Below are positions 29,652 through 40,105 of a stretch of 64,000 nt of DNA, one piece after another. The position numbers were made by a program, and so were the translations under genes. The notes beneath the pieces are model-generated. The model saw nothing but the letters and a program-made list of their open reading frames with translations. It did no database searches and was not told the DNA's origin. Each line of letters opens with the position of its first letter. The stretch's first letter is position 1. The DNA comes from Patescibacteria group bacterium (lineage in GTDB: Bacteria > Patescibacteriota > Minisyncoccia > UBA6257 > Colwellbacteraceae), in assembly GCA_023380475.1 (NCBI GenBank), contig JAMCRD010000003.1, forward strand, positions 28,397 through 92,396. Reading direction: 5' to 3'.

Positions 29652-30245
29652 CTAGATGGCGTCTTTAGGTAAGGACCAGATATAAATTCCTATCAGAAGG
29701 CAGATGGCCGCCATAATTATAAACAATACCGGGAATCCCAGCTCTTCAATGATCAATCCTCCGATGAGAGCTGATAAACCAACAGCGATGGAGGTCACAC
29801 CCTCATAGCGGCTCCACTGTTTGAGAGACCGTTCGCTGTCGGTATTCTTGGTATAAAGCGAGTCAAAGGCCGGCGCGCCGACAGCTGCGCCTATACCCCA
29901 CAATAGTTGGGTCACAATAAGCTGAGGGAGATTGGTCATAAAGGCATAACTCACGAATACAGCTCCTCGAATGACATAACCTAGGGCTACCAAGCGTTCC
30001 CTGTGATGAAAAACTCGCAGTCCCCAGTCCGAAAACACCAAGACCAAAACGCCGGATACAATCGAGAACACGCTCCAAGAGATACCAGCGAAGATTACAC
30101 CGCCCCCTATTTTCTCTATGAATAGAGCATAGAATGGCGAAAACAAGCCCGTCGCGAATACAATAAAGGTGTTTACGGTCAGAAGTATCTTTAAACCGCG
30201 GCTAAATATTGACTTGCTGTAGATATGCCCAACTAAATCGTCCAT
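29652..30245 (-). CDS. 6-TM membrane protein (MFS half-transporter-like)
   Basis: A 197-aa protein with 6 predicted TM helices and a GLRVFHHRERLVALG loop resembling MFS motif A. It is co-oriented 15 nt upstream of the Cas4-like gene. Confidence 0.4.
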   Translation of the reverse strand: MDDLVGHIYSKSIFSRGLKILLTVNTFIVFATGLFSPFYALFIEKIGGGVIFAGISWSVFSIVSGVLVLVFSDWGLRVFHHRERLVALGYVIRGAVFVSYAFMTNLPQLIVTQLLWGIGAAVGAPAFDSLYTKNTDSERSLKQWSRYEGVTSIAVGLSALIGGLIIEELGFPVLFIIMAAICLLIGIYIWSLPKDAI

Positions 30246-30392
30246 GATCGTTTATACATTACAGCTTAACATTAATATCTTAGCAAAAAAGTAATTGCCT
30301 GGTCTCCACCGCGATAAACAGAGCATTTACGCAGCAGCGGATATCTGATAATATGGCGTGGGGCCCGAGAGGGCCTTTTAATCTATAAACCT

Positions 30393-32204
30393 ATGGAACT
30401 GCGCAATATAGCCATAATAGCCCACGTTGACCACGGCAAAACCACATTGGTTGATGCCCTATTAAAGCAATCCGCCAGCTTTAAACAGAAGAGTGGAGCA
30501 ATAAACGAGTTGATAATGGACACCAATGAACTAGAGCGGGAACGGGGGATCACCATCTTCTCCAAAAACGCGGCTATTATCTACAACGACATCAAGATAA
30601 ATATAGTCGATACGCCGGGGCACGCGGATTTCGGAGGAGAAGTTGAGCGCATAATGCGTATGGTTGACGGCGCGTTGCTTTTGGTCGATGCCAAAGAAGG
30701 GCCGATGCCTCAGACAAAATTCGTATTGAAAAAAGCTATCCAGGCCGGTCTGAAAATAATCGTAGTCATAAACAAGATCGACAAGCCTGACGCCAGGCCA
30801 ATGTGGGCTTTGGAACGAACCTTCGATCTGTTTGTCGATCTGGGCGCTTCCGAAGAGCAAGCCGACTTCCCGGTTATTTATGCGTCAGGCGTTAACGGCA
30901 AAGCTGGATATAACCACAACCTGAGCGAAATGAAAAATATCAGCCCATTGTTTGATGCCATTATCAAATACATCCCTCCGCCAAAAGTTGACCTTTCTAA
31001 ACCGCTCCAGATGCTGACCTTCAGTCTTTTGCAAGATAACTTCAAAGGGAAAATCGCTGTTGGTCGCATCTATTCCGGAACTTTAAAGAAAGGCATGGAG
31101 GTTGGTTATATCAATAGGGCGGGAGCGCTGAAGAAAGCTTACCTAAGCTCGGTGATGGCTTTTGATGGTCTTAACCGAGTGGAGACCGAAGTAAGTACGC
31201 CCGGTGACATCGTGGCCATAGCCGGTATACCCGATATATCTATCGGTGAAACCATAACTGATTTCAACAATCCACAACCACTGCCGCCGATAAGCATCGA
31301 CGAACCGACGGTAAAAATAAATTTCTTGGTAAACGACTCTCCCTTTGCCGGTAAGGAAGGAACATACTCTACTTCGATCAATCTCCGTGATAGGTTAAAA
31401 CGGGAACTGGATACTGATGTGGCGCTGCGCGTTGAGTCAACTGATTCGCCAGACAGATGGATTGTATCCGGTCGGGGAGAACTGCACTTATCTATACTCA
31501 TCGAGAAGATGCGCCACGAGGGTTATGAGTTCCAAGTGTCACGCCCCCAGGTTATCTTGCATGAAACGGATGGCAAAAAAACTGAACCAATCGAACGTCT
31601 ATCAATCGAAGTGCCGGAAACATACACCGGAACAGTGATCGAGCAGGTTGGCTCGCGCAAGGGTCTTATGGTCGATATGCGGGTCGATAAAGGTACGGCT
31701 TATCTAGAATTCCTCATACCCACCCGGGGCCTTATAGGTTTCCGTAATCAATTCATGACCAGTACCAAGGGACTCGGTATCATGAACTCTATCTTTGAGA
31801 AATACGAGGATTACAAAGGAGACTTCGATTCGAACCCCCATGGCTCGTTGGTGGCCAGCGAAACTGGTGCTACCAGAACCTATGGCCTCCTCAACGCCGA
31901 GGGCAGGGGAGAGCTGTTTGTTGGACCAGGAGTTAAGGTTTACGAAGGCATGATCGTCGGCCAAAACGCTAAAACAAATGACATACGCGTCAACGTCTGC
32001 AAAGAGAAACAGCTATCCAATATGCGAGCCAAATCCGACGGTGCCATGGAGTTCCTAAAAGTTCCCAGAACTTTGACTCTCGAAGAGGCAATTGAATTCA
32101 TCGGCAATGATGAACTGGTTGAAATAACGCCCCAATCGATCAGGCTGCGCAAGTTATGGCTGAAAGAGGGCGATGAAAACCGTTCCAAAAGGGGACTGCT
32201 CTAA
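30393..32204 (+). CDS. typA: translational GTPase TypA/BipA
   Basis: [34 protein letters not shown] and NKIDK form the G-domain. The 603-aa length matches BipA. Confidence 0.9.
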   Translation: MELRNIAIIAHVDHGKTTLVDALLKQSASFKQKSGAINELIMDTNELERERGITIFSKNAAIIYNDIKINIVDTPGHADFGGEVERIMRMVDGALLLVDAKEGPMPQTKFVLKKAIQAGLKIIVVINKIDKPDARPMWALERTFDLFVDLGASEEQADFPVIYASGVNGKAGYNHNLSEMKNISPLFDAIIKYIPPPKVDLSKPLQMLTFSLLQDNFKGKIAVGRIYSGTLKKGMEVGYINRAGALKKAYLSSVMAFDGLNRVETEVSTPGDIVAIAGIPDISIGETITDFNNPQPLPPISIDEPTVKINFLVNDSPFAGKEGTYSTSINLRDRLKRELDTDVALRVESTDSPDRWIVSGRGELHLSILIEKMRHEGYEFQVSRPQVILHETDGKKTEPIERLSIEVPETYTGTVIEQVGSRKGLMVDMRVDKGTAYLEFLIPTRGLIGFRNQFMTSTKGLGIMNSIFEKYEDYKGDFDSNPHGSLVASETGATRTYGLLNAEGRGELFVGPGVKVYEGMIVGQNAKTNDIRVNVCKEKQLSNMRAKSDGAMEFLKVPRTLTLEEAIEFIGNDELVEITPQSIRLRKLWLKEGDENRSKRGLL

Positions 32205-32227
32205 GCACAAAAGGTATAATTACTAGT

Positions 32228-32608
32228 ATGGATGAAAATCAGCCTGTAGCTGTGGCTACCTGCCCAAAGTGTCATCAATCAGTGCTGCCCCAATACTATT
32301 TCTGCCCCAACTGTGGCCAAGCCTTGAGAGAGCCACCACTCCCAACGTCGGCCTTGGCCCAAATCAAGCTCTATGCTTTCACCTTGATTCTCATGCCATT
32401 GACCTGTTATCTCATCTACCGGCGCTGGCTGGGGGTAAAATACCTAAGATCACAGGATCCAAAAGCAAGACAGATAGGCATCGTGTCTATGATCCTTCTT
32501 ATCGTTTCAGTAGCCCTCGTTATATGGCTAATCTGGGCGGCAATTATATGGGCCGAACAGTACGTTCAGGCTCAAGAGAACAGCCTGAACAGTTTGAGCG
32601 GCTTATAA
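32228..32608 (+). CDS. zinc-ribbon plus 2-TM membrane protein (hypothetical)
   Basis: An N-terminal CPKC...CPNCG ribbon followed by two hydrophobic helices. Confidence 0.45.
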   Translation: MDENQPVAVATCPKCHQSVLPQYYFCPNCGQALREPPLPTSALAQIKLYAFTLILMPLTCYLIYRRWLGVKYLRSQDPKARQIGIVSMILLIVSVALVIWLIWAAIIWAEQYVQAQENSLNSLSGL

Positions 32609-32623
32609 ACTACAGGTGTACAG

Positions 32624-33301
32624 CTAGCGCAAGAATCTAAACGTACCGACTATATTGTCCAGGACAGAAGTGGCTTGGATCTCGTCAAACGGTTTTAGAT
32701 TGTATGAGGCCGGGTAATTCATTATCTGGCTGGAGTGAAGAGTATATTCAATGGCGAAACACTGATTGTTGTGCACCGCACGATAGCTAGTTGTTTGGTA
32801 ATAATTACCGGCGCCAGCATCGCTGGAATGGAAGACTGTAAATTCAATGCCGTTGACAATAATGCTGCTCGAAGTAGCTGCGGTTGGATTAGTGGGATCC
32901 GGCACCATACACTGAGCCACCGCCGTTCCGTCGTTACTGGCCCCGACTGTCAGGGTCGCATCATCAAAGTTAGTCTGCGGCTCAAACACTCTGGGGATCG
33001 TCAGGGTAAGATATTTTATTCCTTGGGTGCCATTGGAGTTGATACGCCAATCAGTCGAAGGCGTAGCTAGGTAGTTATCGTCAACTTGAAAATCTAGAGG
33101 GTAGGCTATACTAAACGTCCCACCACTGGTATCTGTTTGCCACTCCGCTACATCGCTATAGTAGTTATTTAATGAAGTGGCTTTGCTATTGGTCTTTTGA
33201 CTTTGACCATAATGCTCCCCGATATAAAACCCTGCGACAGCCAAAACGATCATGACGATGACCATTATCAACTTGGCATACCAACCTGACTTATTGTTCA
33301 T
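32624..33301 (-). CDS. membrane-anchored secreted protein (hypothetical)
   Basis: The N-terminal TM is AKLIMVIVMIVLAVAGFYIG. The rest is hydrophilic with no recognisable family. Confidence 0.4.
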   Translation of the reverse strand: MNNKSGWYAKLIMVIVMIVLAVAGFYIGEHYGQSQKTNSKATSLNNYYSDVAEWQTDTSGGTFSIAYPLDFQVDDNYLATPSTDWRINSNGTQGIKYLTLTIPRVFEPQTNFDDATLTVGASNDGTAVAQCMVPDPTNPTAATSSSIIVNGIEFTVFHSSDAGAGNYYQTTSYRAVHNNQCFAIEYTLHSSQIMNYPASYNLKPFDEIQATSVLDNIVGTFRFLR

Positions 33302-33420
33302 TTGTTGTTATAAATATTTTACCTTAGCTTGTGTTACTATATACTATATAACAACTGGTTGTTCTGCGATATTCTCCTGGGACAACAGTGCAATCAACAT
33401 AAAAAAACCAAAACAAACTC

Positions 33421-35865
33421 ATGGAAGCACATAATAACGTCGACCGGCCAAGTCCGGCCGTGGCCCAGTGGGAAATGATTGTTAAGACTGTCTCCAAAGT
33501 AGCGCTTATTTTATTGGGTCTAGTGCCTCTGATAGTAGACGGCTACGTCATCTTCCCTTACATATCCGGGAAGATGATTGCTATCCGCATAGCTGTCACT
33601 CTTGTTTTATTATCAATCTCGCTCGGTCTTATTATTTCAAGACGTTTCAGGCATGAACTGTACGCGCGAGTAAGGAAACTGATCCATAATCCAATATTCT
33701 TAACTGCCAGCGCCTTCATGCTTTCTATAGGCTTAAGCGCTATTTTCGCTGTGGATAAATACCGGGCCTTTTGGGGGAATGTCGAAAGAGCCGAGGGTTT
33801 TGTCGGCATATTCTCTTACTTTATATTCATACCGCTAGCTTACCTCATCTTCAGCCGCAAGGACTGGCTATGGTTTTTCAAAACTAGCTTAGGCGCAGGC
33901 ATAATCCTCTTTATAAACGAGGTCATGTCTTTGCCGACCGATCCGACCGCGGCCAGGCCAGGATCGTTCACCGGAAACCCGTCTTTTTTGGCAGGTTACC
34001 TCCTATTCGTGATCGCCTCAGCGATCATCATCGTCTACAACGCCAAGCGTGAAGACCGCGCCTCCAGCGAATGGTCTGTAATAGCTCTATTAGCTTTGGT
34101 GGGCGTATTTCTAACCACCGGCGCGGTGAGCGGTTGGCTTGGACTGACCCTCACAATCGTTCTCACACCGGCAGCTATTGCTCTCATAGCCGTATATAAC
34201 AAGCGGGTAGAAGGCAAGATATCGAGATTGTTCTGGCAAGCTATCCCTTCTTTAACGATCGCAGCCGCAATAGTAGGCATGTTCTTAACCCAAACCAGAG
34301 GGACTCTCCTAGGGCTGGCTGCGGGTTTCGTCATACTGGCTATCTACTGGGCTATTAAAGGCAAACACATAACTGTATTTCGTAAACTAAGCTTAAGGAG
34401 AGCCGCCATTTTACTCATGGTTATTTTGGTTGCTTTCGCAGCTGTATTTTTCGTAACAAGAAGCGACTCATTCTGGCAAAAGATACCGGGAATGAACAGA
34501 TTCGCCCAACTCAGCCTAGACCATATCATCAATGATCCTACTGTCCAGACAAGGCTGATCTCCGATGGCATAGGGTTGAAAGCCATGAACCCGGTCTCCG
34601 TCGGTTACCTACGGCTAGTATTCGGCTGGGGGCAGGAGAACTTCGGCATAGCCTACAACTCTTACTACAACCCTCGCTACTTCGAATTTGAACAGGAATG
34701 GTTTGATCGAGCTCACGATAAGTTGATGGATGTCTTGGTTATGAACGGGGTCATTGGCCTGATATCATATCTCGCCCTATGGATGTCCTTCATATGGGTA
34801 GGATTCAAGAAAAAAGAGTTCTCCGTTGAGAAAATGGCACTGTTGTTCTTTGGGGTCGCTTTCTTCGTGAATCTTCTGTCGTTGTTCGATCAAGTATCCA
34901 CCTATATACCCTTATTCGCCGCACTCGGCTTAATGGCTTATCTTCGCGACGAAGAACACCATGAGAGCGAAGCCACTCCGCCGCCGCGCGGCAATTCTGT
35001 GTTCTCTTATATTCTGTATACGGTCGTCGGCGTTATTTCCTTGTTCATGCTTTATGTGCTTGTGGTTAGTATGACCGCATACGTCCAAATGCATGAATAC
35101 ATTGGCCTGCTACAAAGTCAGGATCTGGTTCAGATAGAAAATGGTCTAGATGGCGTGACATCCCCTTACAACTATGCCCAGCAGGACATACGAGGAGAAC
35201 TCTTGTCAGCTGTGACCGCGCGATACACGTCTACTAGTGTTTCGTACTTGCAGCCGCTCATGGACAAGGCCATAGGGTTGGAAGAACAAGTTGTAAATAT
35301 GGATCCGTATGACCCAAGACAATCGCTAATTATCGCAACCGCTTACGACACTGAAGGCATTGCCGCCACGAGTACCGCCGCAGCCACAACCTATTACCAA
35401 GAAGCCGAACAGTACTACCGTAGGGCCTATCAACTGGCTCCAGAGAGACAAGATGTAATTCTACCCCTGGTTCAGAATCTGTTCTACCAGCGACAGAACA
35501 GCGAAGCACTGGCTTTGTTGATACAATGTTACCAAGAGGATCCCAATGTCGTGGTGTCCAACTATGAGCTAGGCTATGTTCTTAGTCTGACCAGCAGCAG
35601 CTACTATTCCGAGGCTCTGCCACTGCTGAACTTTACACTTGATCATTACGCCTCAAACCTAAGCCAGCTCGGGAACATAGAAAATGTAATCAAAGTCTAC
35701 GAATCGTTCGTCAGTTACTTCTACAACACTAAGAATGCGGCCGATTTTGCAGAGACAATGCACGGTTTGACCATACTCGAGCCTTATAACTCGGCTAATT
35801 TTAGTGCTGCCGCCACAGCGGCTCAAACAGGGAACTGGTCAGCCATTAACCTAAAATCAATTTAG
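33421..35865 (+). CDS. O-antigen ligase/Wzy_C family polytopic membrane protein with a C-terminal TPR-like soluble domain
   Basis: At least 10 TM helices. The FLTQTRGTLLGLAAGFVILAIYW loop is typical of the WaaL/O-antigen-polymerase family. A C-terminal region of about 300 aa is helical and repeat-like. Confidence 0.5.
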   Translation: MEAHNNVDRPSPAVAQWEMIVKTVSKVALILLGLVPLIVDGYVIFPYISGKMIAIRIAVTLVLLSISLGLIISRRFRHELYARVRKLIHNPIFLTASAFMLSIGLSAIFAVDKYRAFWGNVERAEGFVGIFSYFIFIPLAYLIFSRKDWLWFFKTSLGAGIILFINEVMSLPTDPTAARPGSFTGNPSFLAGYLLFVIASAIIIVYNAKREDRASSEWSVIALLALVGVFLTTGAVSGWLGLTLTIVLTPAAIALIAVYNKRVEGKISRLFWQAIPSLTIAAAIVGMFLTQTRGTLLGLAAGFVILAIYWAIKGKHITVFRKLSLRRAAILLMVILVAFAAVFFVTRSDSFWQKIPGMNRFAQLSLDHIINDPTVQTRLISDGIGLKAMNPVSVGYLRLVFGWGQENFGIAYNSYYNPRYFEFEQEWFDRAHDKLMDVLVMNGVIGLISYLALWMSFIWVGFKKKEFSVEKMALLFFGVAFFVNLLSLFDQVSTYIPLFAALGLMAYLRDEEHHESEATPPPRGNSVFSYILYTVVGVISLFMLYVLVVSMTAYVQMHEYIGLLQSQDLVQIENGLDGVTSPYNYAQQDIRGELLSAVTARYTSTSVSYLQPLMDKAIGLEEQVVNMDPYDPRQSLIIATAYDTEGIAATSTAAATTYYQEAEQYYRRAYQLAPERQDVILPLVQNLFYQRQNSEALALLIQCYQEDPNVVVSNYELGYVLSLTSSSYYSEALPLLNFTLDHYASNLSQLGNIENVIKVYESFVSYFYNTKNAADFAETMHGLTILEPYNSANFSAAATAAQTGNWSAINLKSI

Positions 35866-35866
35866 T

Positions 35867-36913
35867 CTATTCGGCAGCGGCTTCCGTTTTATTACCTTCA
35901 AGCATATCGAAAGTCTTGCGGCTCATCACCACGTCCTCAGCCATATTTTTAAGATCTTCTTCGCTCTCGTCCGGATAGCGGAATTTTAGAAGCTCGGTAT
36001 TGGCTTCTATCTCCTGTTGCGTGGCAAAAATATTCTCCGTCTTTTGGATTTCGCTTATCACGAACTGGGCCCGCAATTGATCCTCTGTGAAAACCCGCTC
36101 TTCCTTAGCCAAACTTTCTACCGTCTTTCCGGATTCCTTTAAATATTGCTCCAGCGAGAAACCGGCTGCCTTAATATTGGCATCACGCTGAACCTTAAAT
36201 CTTTCCAGTTCCTGGTCCACCAACAGAGCCGGTACGGTGAGCTTTGCCATTTTGACTATCTCGCGCAGCGTTTCATCCCGCTTGGCTTCGTGCTGCTTAG
36301 CCAGCTTATTCTCACCAAGTTGTTTCTTTAACTCGTCTTTGAATTCAGCAACGTTTTGGAAAGGACCAGCCTTTTTGACGAGATCGTCCGTCAGCTCCGG
36401 CAGGTTATTGGTTGGTTTGCTCTTCTCCTCATCGCTTATCAGCATCCGTTGCACTTGTTCAACGGCCTGCTGCAATTCCTTATCGCTTATCTCGCTGTCT
36501 TCTTTACGTTCAAATATAGCTTTGGCTATTTGCTTGTAATCTGGTAGTACAATCGCTGGGTAAAGAGCCACCTTAACCCTGAATACAATCGGGCTGCCAA
36601 CGGTTATCTTCTCCAGAGAAGCTGCAGGCGAACCAACTACCCGCAACTCGGAATCGATAACGATCTCCCTTATAGCATCATTGAGAGACTGGTTGGCCGC
36701 CTCTTCAAAAAGATGCATCGGATCGACATGCTCCTTCACGATACTTCCCGGTATCTTGCCCTTTCTAAAGCCCGGCAGCTCAAGCGTCGATCCTATCTCA
36801 ACCAACACTCTAGCTGTATTTTCTTCTATCACCTTGAGGGGTATCTCAGCCTCGAATTCCACCTCACTGTCACGCTGCCTGAGTTTCTTGAGCTTAGTAT
36901 ATGATTTATCCAT
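35867..36913 (-). CDS. tig: trigger factor lacking the PPIase (FKBP) domain
   Basis: The ribosome-binding signature GFRKGKIP sits in the N-domain. The C-terminal arm domain is conserved. The 348-aa protein joins the N and C domains directly. Confidence 0.75.
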   Translation of the reverse strand: MDKSYTKLKKLRQRDSEVEFEAEIPLKVIEENTARVLVEIGSTLELPGFRKGKIPGSIVKEHVDPMHLFEEAANQSLNDAIREIVIDSELRVVGSPAASLEKITVGSPIVFRVKVALYPAIVLPDYKQIAKAIFERKEDSEISDKELQQAVEQVQRMLISDEEKSKPTNNLPELTDDLVKKAGPFQNVAEFKDELKKQLGENKLAKQHEAKRDETLREIVKMAKLTVPALLVDQELERFKVQRDANIKAAGFSLEQYLKESGKTVESLAKEERVFTEDQLRAQFVISEIQKTENIFATQQEIEANTELLKFRYPDESEEDLKNMAEDVVMSRKTFDMLEGNKTEAAAE

Positions 36914-37000
36914 AAAAGCTACTTAGTTTAGCCGGTGGTAAGTGATATTGCAATTGATTGCTATCTACATGGTTCCAGCTGGTACTTTATGTTATAGTTA

Positions 37001-37273
37001 ATGCAAATGACGGCACTGACTATAGCTGAGACTGTGTTCTACATAGTGGTTTCATTAGCCATAATAGCTTTGGGCGTGTTCTGTTGCGTCGTGACTTACG
37101 AGCTGGTCAAGATAACCAAGAATCTGAGAATCATCTCCGAAAACTTGTCCTCAATGTCAAAAGACACCGAAGAAAAAGTAAAGGAGATGTTAGACAGGCT
37201 ATCTGTTTCGCCAATACTGTCCTTTTTCATGAAAAGGGGCAAAGCATCATCCAAAGGTCGCAGCAGCAAGTAA
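37001..37273 (+). CDS. small membrane protein (hypothetical)
   Basis: A 90-aa ORF with an N-terminal TM and a charged C-terminus. Confidence 0.4.
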   Translation: MQMTALTIAETVFYIVVSLAIIALGVFCCVVTYELVKITKNLRIISENLSSMSKDTEEKVKEMLDRLSVSPILSFFMKRGKASSKGRSSK

Positions 37274-37281
37274 TCATATTT

Positions 37282-37629
37282 ATGGCCAAGAAAAAAGTGG
37301 CTAGCAAACACGCTGATTATCTTATGGAGGGCGCTGTGATCGGCGCTGCCCTAGGGATAGCCACAACCCTTTTAGCTGATTCCAAAAGCGGCAAGAAGAT
37401 GGGTCGGAAGGTACGACAAGGAGTGAGACATGAATCTCTAGAGTTCTACCGCTACATCACTCCCAAGATAAAGAAAGCGAAGAGGTTAGGTGAAACCCAG
37501 TACAAGACCATGGTCAAAAAGACGGTAGCGGCCTATGGTCGAGACAGAAAATTATCCGCGAAGGAGATGGCGCTTCTCTTAAAGGAGGCCCAATCGCTCT
37601 GGGCTCATCTGAAAAGGGCAACCAAATAG
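37282..37629 (+). CDS. small YtxH/DUF948-like protein (hypothetical)
   Basis: MAKKKVASKHADYLMEGAVIGAALGIATTLLADSKSGKK, with the ATG at 37282. The track ORF 37084 is a 5' extension in the same frame. Confidence 0.4.
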   Translation: MAKKKVASKHADYLMEGAVIGAALGIATTLLADSKSGKKMGRKVRQGVRHESLEFYRYITPKIKKAKRLGETQYKTMVKKTVAAYGRDRKLSAKEMALLLKEAQSLWAHLKRATK

Positions 37630-37647
37630 AACCCTGGATTCTTTTTT

Positions 37648-37680
37648 ATCAAAAAACAGCCTAGATGGCTGTTTTTTGAT
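37648..37680. terminator. bidirectional rho-independent terminator
   Basis: atcaaaaaacagcc-tagat-ggctgttttttgat lies between convergent genes. Confidence 0.7.
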
Positions 37681-37687
37681 AAACCAA

Positions 37688-39280
37688 TCAGTACATTCCT
37701 TCCTTCTTGCTACGTAGGAAAGTGTCGAGGTTTTCGATGAACAGCACCAACACTTGAAACGGGACATCAAACAAGGCAAATACTATGACCAGAATTTTTA
37801 TCTTGCTTAGACCGTAAATGGCGAACTTTCCAATGGTAACGAACGGCATGAAGATCAGGTCGCCGAGAAACGACCAAACTGAGGCTTTGGCTGGTTCCAC
37901 GCTTATGTCCTTAGCCCGATTGTTAACTCTAACACCGGTCGCAGCCACTATGGAAGTAAACAGGATTAAGACTATCGAGCTGGCTACAGAGAACTTGAGC
38001 AATTGCAGTAACCGCCACGTTTCCCATAGAACAAAAATGGATACTGCGAAGAATAGGATGTTAACCATGGCCCGGCCGAACCGTTTCTTGCTCTCAGGCA
38101 ACATCATTAGATACTTCTTACGATGTTCATTGTAAACGGCCGCTTTTATCTCAGTTTGGACAAGATCAAGATTGTGCTTGGAAGGCATGCGGATGACAGC
38201 CAGCAAGAACGTCATAAGCAGGGGAGGGAAGATGATACTTGCCACCGTGTTAGCCAAAATAAAAGTATGAAGAGCGTTGTCGAGCGGTATCTCAATAGCC
38301 AAAGCGATTATGACTTTTGTAATAAAAAGCGAGACTACGCTGAAAAAAGCTAGATTCTTGAGACGACTCTTCTGCTGTTCAAAACGTCTGTTGTAAGCCG
38401 AAACTATAGCCGGAATTAGTTTATGCTCATCACTGAAAATTTCCTCTACAGCTTCCGGTGCCTTGCCACCGTCAAAGACAATATCCCCCAATAGTAGGAA
38501 AACGGTATTAAATTGATTGCATAGTTTGAAAAAATAAGACGATAGGGGATTTCTAGCATAACCATCTAACTCCCGCTTCACGGTCAAGAGATTGCTTGCC
38601 AACCATTCGAACCGCTCATCGGTTGGATCGTCCCAGTAAGGGTAGAACTGTTTGAGCAAGCGATAAGCCAGCTGATCCTCGTCAACGCGCAGCAAAGCTC
38701 TCTGGATGGCTATAAACAGCTGTATGTCTCTATCCCGATCATCAACCTTTCCACCCGATATGACCATATTCTCCCGCAGAGCCAAAAACATTGCTCCTGC
38801 CATCGCTCGATCCTTAAACGGCGGGTCTAAAAATTCTTCGATAGCCGATGCTGTGACCGAGATCAGCCAAGAGGCCAGATCATCCTGACGGTAGGTTCTA
38901 TTGTCTTTAGACTTATCTATAAAAAGAGTGAGATTGTTTATCAAACCCTGCACATGAGCCACCTTGGTTTCTGGGATTTGATCGTTAGGGAAATATCCTG
39001 AGCGGATCATTTCCTTTATAAGCACTTCGGCGACGTTGTTCCGACGGTGCAACCGTATATCTATCTTAAGAGCCCGTGAAATGCTGTGCTGGCGAATCAG
39101 GTGTTCCTCGTAATAATCAACTATGCTCCGTATTTGCTCGTAGGCCTTAGCAAACTTGGAAGCTACTTCGTCAACGTGAATGCATACCGTGGTTTCCGAA
39201 GACGGCTTGTTTAAATTAGAGTTATCCTTGTAACTCTTTAAGAGGTAACGAATTGCTTCTGATAGCATAATGGTGGTCAA
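37688..39280 (-). CDS. hypothetical protein: about 310-aa cytoplasmic N-domain plus 6 C-terminal TM helices
   Basis: A 530-aa ORF with no recognisable motif. The C-terminal third is strongly hydrophobic. Confidence 0.45.
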   Translation of the reverse strand: MTTIMLSEAIRYLLKSYKDNSNLNKPSSETTVCIHVDEVASKFAKAYEQIRSIVDYYEEHLIRQHSISRALKIDIRLHRRNNVAEVLIKEMIRSGYFPNDQIPETKVAHVQGLINNLTLFIDKSKDNRTYRQDDLASWLISVTASAIEEFLDPPFKDRAMAGAMFLALRENMVISGGKVDDRDRDIQLFIAIQRALLRVDEDQLAYRLLKQFYPYWDDPTDERFEWLASNLLTVKRELDGYARNPLSSYFFKLCNQFNTVFLLLGDIVFDGGKAPEAVEEIFSDEHKLIPAIVSAYNRRFEQQKSRLKNLAFFSVVSLFITKVIIALAIEIPLDNALHTFILANTVASIIFPPLLMTFLLAVIRMPSKHNLDLVQTEIKAAVYNEHRKKYLMMLPESKKRFGRAMVNILFFAVSIFVLWETWRLLQLLKFSVASSIVLILFTSIVAATGVRVNNRAKDISVEPAKASVWSFLGDLIFMPFVTIGKFAIYGLSKIKILVIVFALFDVPFQVLVLFIENLDTFLRSKKEGMY

Positions 39281-39521
39281 TCCCGTATTTACCAGCTGGT
39301 TTCGCTGACTCTAGCTAGCTGGCCGGCAAGGCGGTTTGGGTAGCATTTCAAGCCATATCTCGCCCAATAGACCTTATTAGGTCTACTATAGATAACGCCA
39401 AATATCAAATTGACCGCTGTGGCAGGGGACTTGATACCAGCAGAATTATATGTATACTCATCTGAGTTGAGTTAAAGGAGGAGACTAGGTCGAGTTTTCC
39501 AAAGAAGAAAAAGATAAAATT

Positions 39522-39719
39522 ATGAAAGGAACCATCAAAAAGCTCACGGACAGAGGATTCGGTTTCATCGCTCGCGAAGGCGAGACGAAGGATCTGTTCT
39601 TCCACTCTAAAGAGCTAAAGGGTGTCACGTTCGACGAATTAAAAGTCGGCGACGCTGTCACATTTGATGTGGTCGACACCGATAAAGGTCCGGCCGCTAC
39701 GAACGTAAGCCGCGCTTAG
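39522..39719 (+). CDS. cold-shock protein (CspA family)
   Basis: MKGTIKKLTDRGFGFIAREGETKDLFFH carries the RNP1-like GFGFI and RNP2 motifs. Confidence 0.88.
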   Translation: MKGTIKKLTDRGFGFIAREGETKDLFFHSKELKGVTFDELKVGDAVTFDVVDTDKGPAATNVSRA

Positions 39720-39745
39720 AACGAACTCTAAACGTAACTAACTAG

Positions 39746-39776
39746 AAAAACCACCGCTTTAGGGCGGTGGTTTTTC
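39746..39776 (+). terminator. rho-independent terminator
   Basis: aaaaaccaccgc-tttag-ggcggtggttttt. Confidence 0.75.
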
Positions 39777-39852
39777 TATCTTCGCTTCAAAAATAAGAAT
39801 TTACGTTGTATAATTTTTATTAGTAAAGAGTCGAAAAACAGCAAACTAACAA

Positions 39853-40014
39853 ATGTGGAAACAATGGGCCAATGCGCTCCTGGGAATCGTCGTAATAGTA
39901 TTTGCTTTTACCGGAGCACACGTCATTAGGTTTGTTATCGCCGGCGCACTAATACTCATCTTGGCCGTTTGGTCGGCATTAGAAAAAAAGCCGACGGCTC
40001 CAACCCAGCAATAA
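39853..40014 (+). CDS. small 2-TM membrane protein (53 aa, hypothetical)
   Basis: MWKQWANALLGIVVIVFAFTGAHVIRFVIAGALILILAVWSALEKKPTAPTQQ. It is absent from the ORF track because it is under 60 aa. Confidence 0.3.
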   Translation: MWKQWANALLGIVVIVFAFTGAHVIRFVIAGALILILAVWSALEKKPTAPTQQ

Positions 40015-40105
40015 AGTAGTCTAGTAATTAGGTAGTCTATTATAAGTGGCTATAATCCAGTAAAAGCGGCAATAGTCGTAGGCCGTCAGTTGTCACCTAA
40101 AAATC

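Noticed and set aside
30350-30392. Short GC hairpin plus T-run (gggcccgagagggcctttt) immediately upstream of the typA ATG.
   Set aside because: It is only a 5-bp stem. It could be a weak attenuator or just the terminator of the divergent gene, and the evidence is insufficient.
37084-37281. 5' part of track ORF 37084..37629.
   Set aside because: It overlaps the 37001..37273 gene out of frame. The internal ATG at 37282 gives a compact, non-overlapping small protein.
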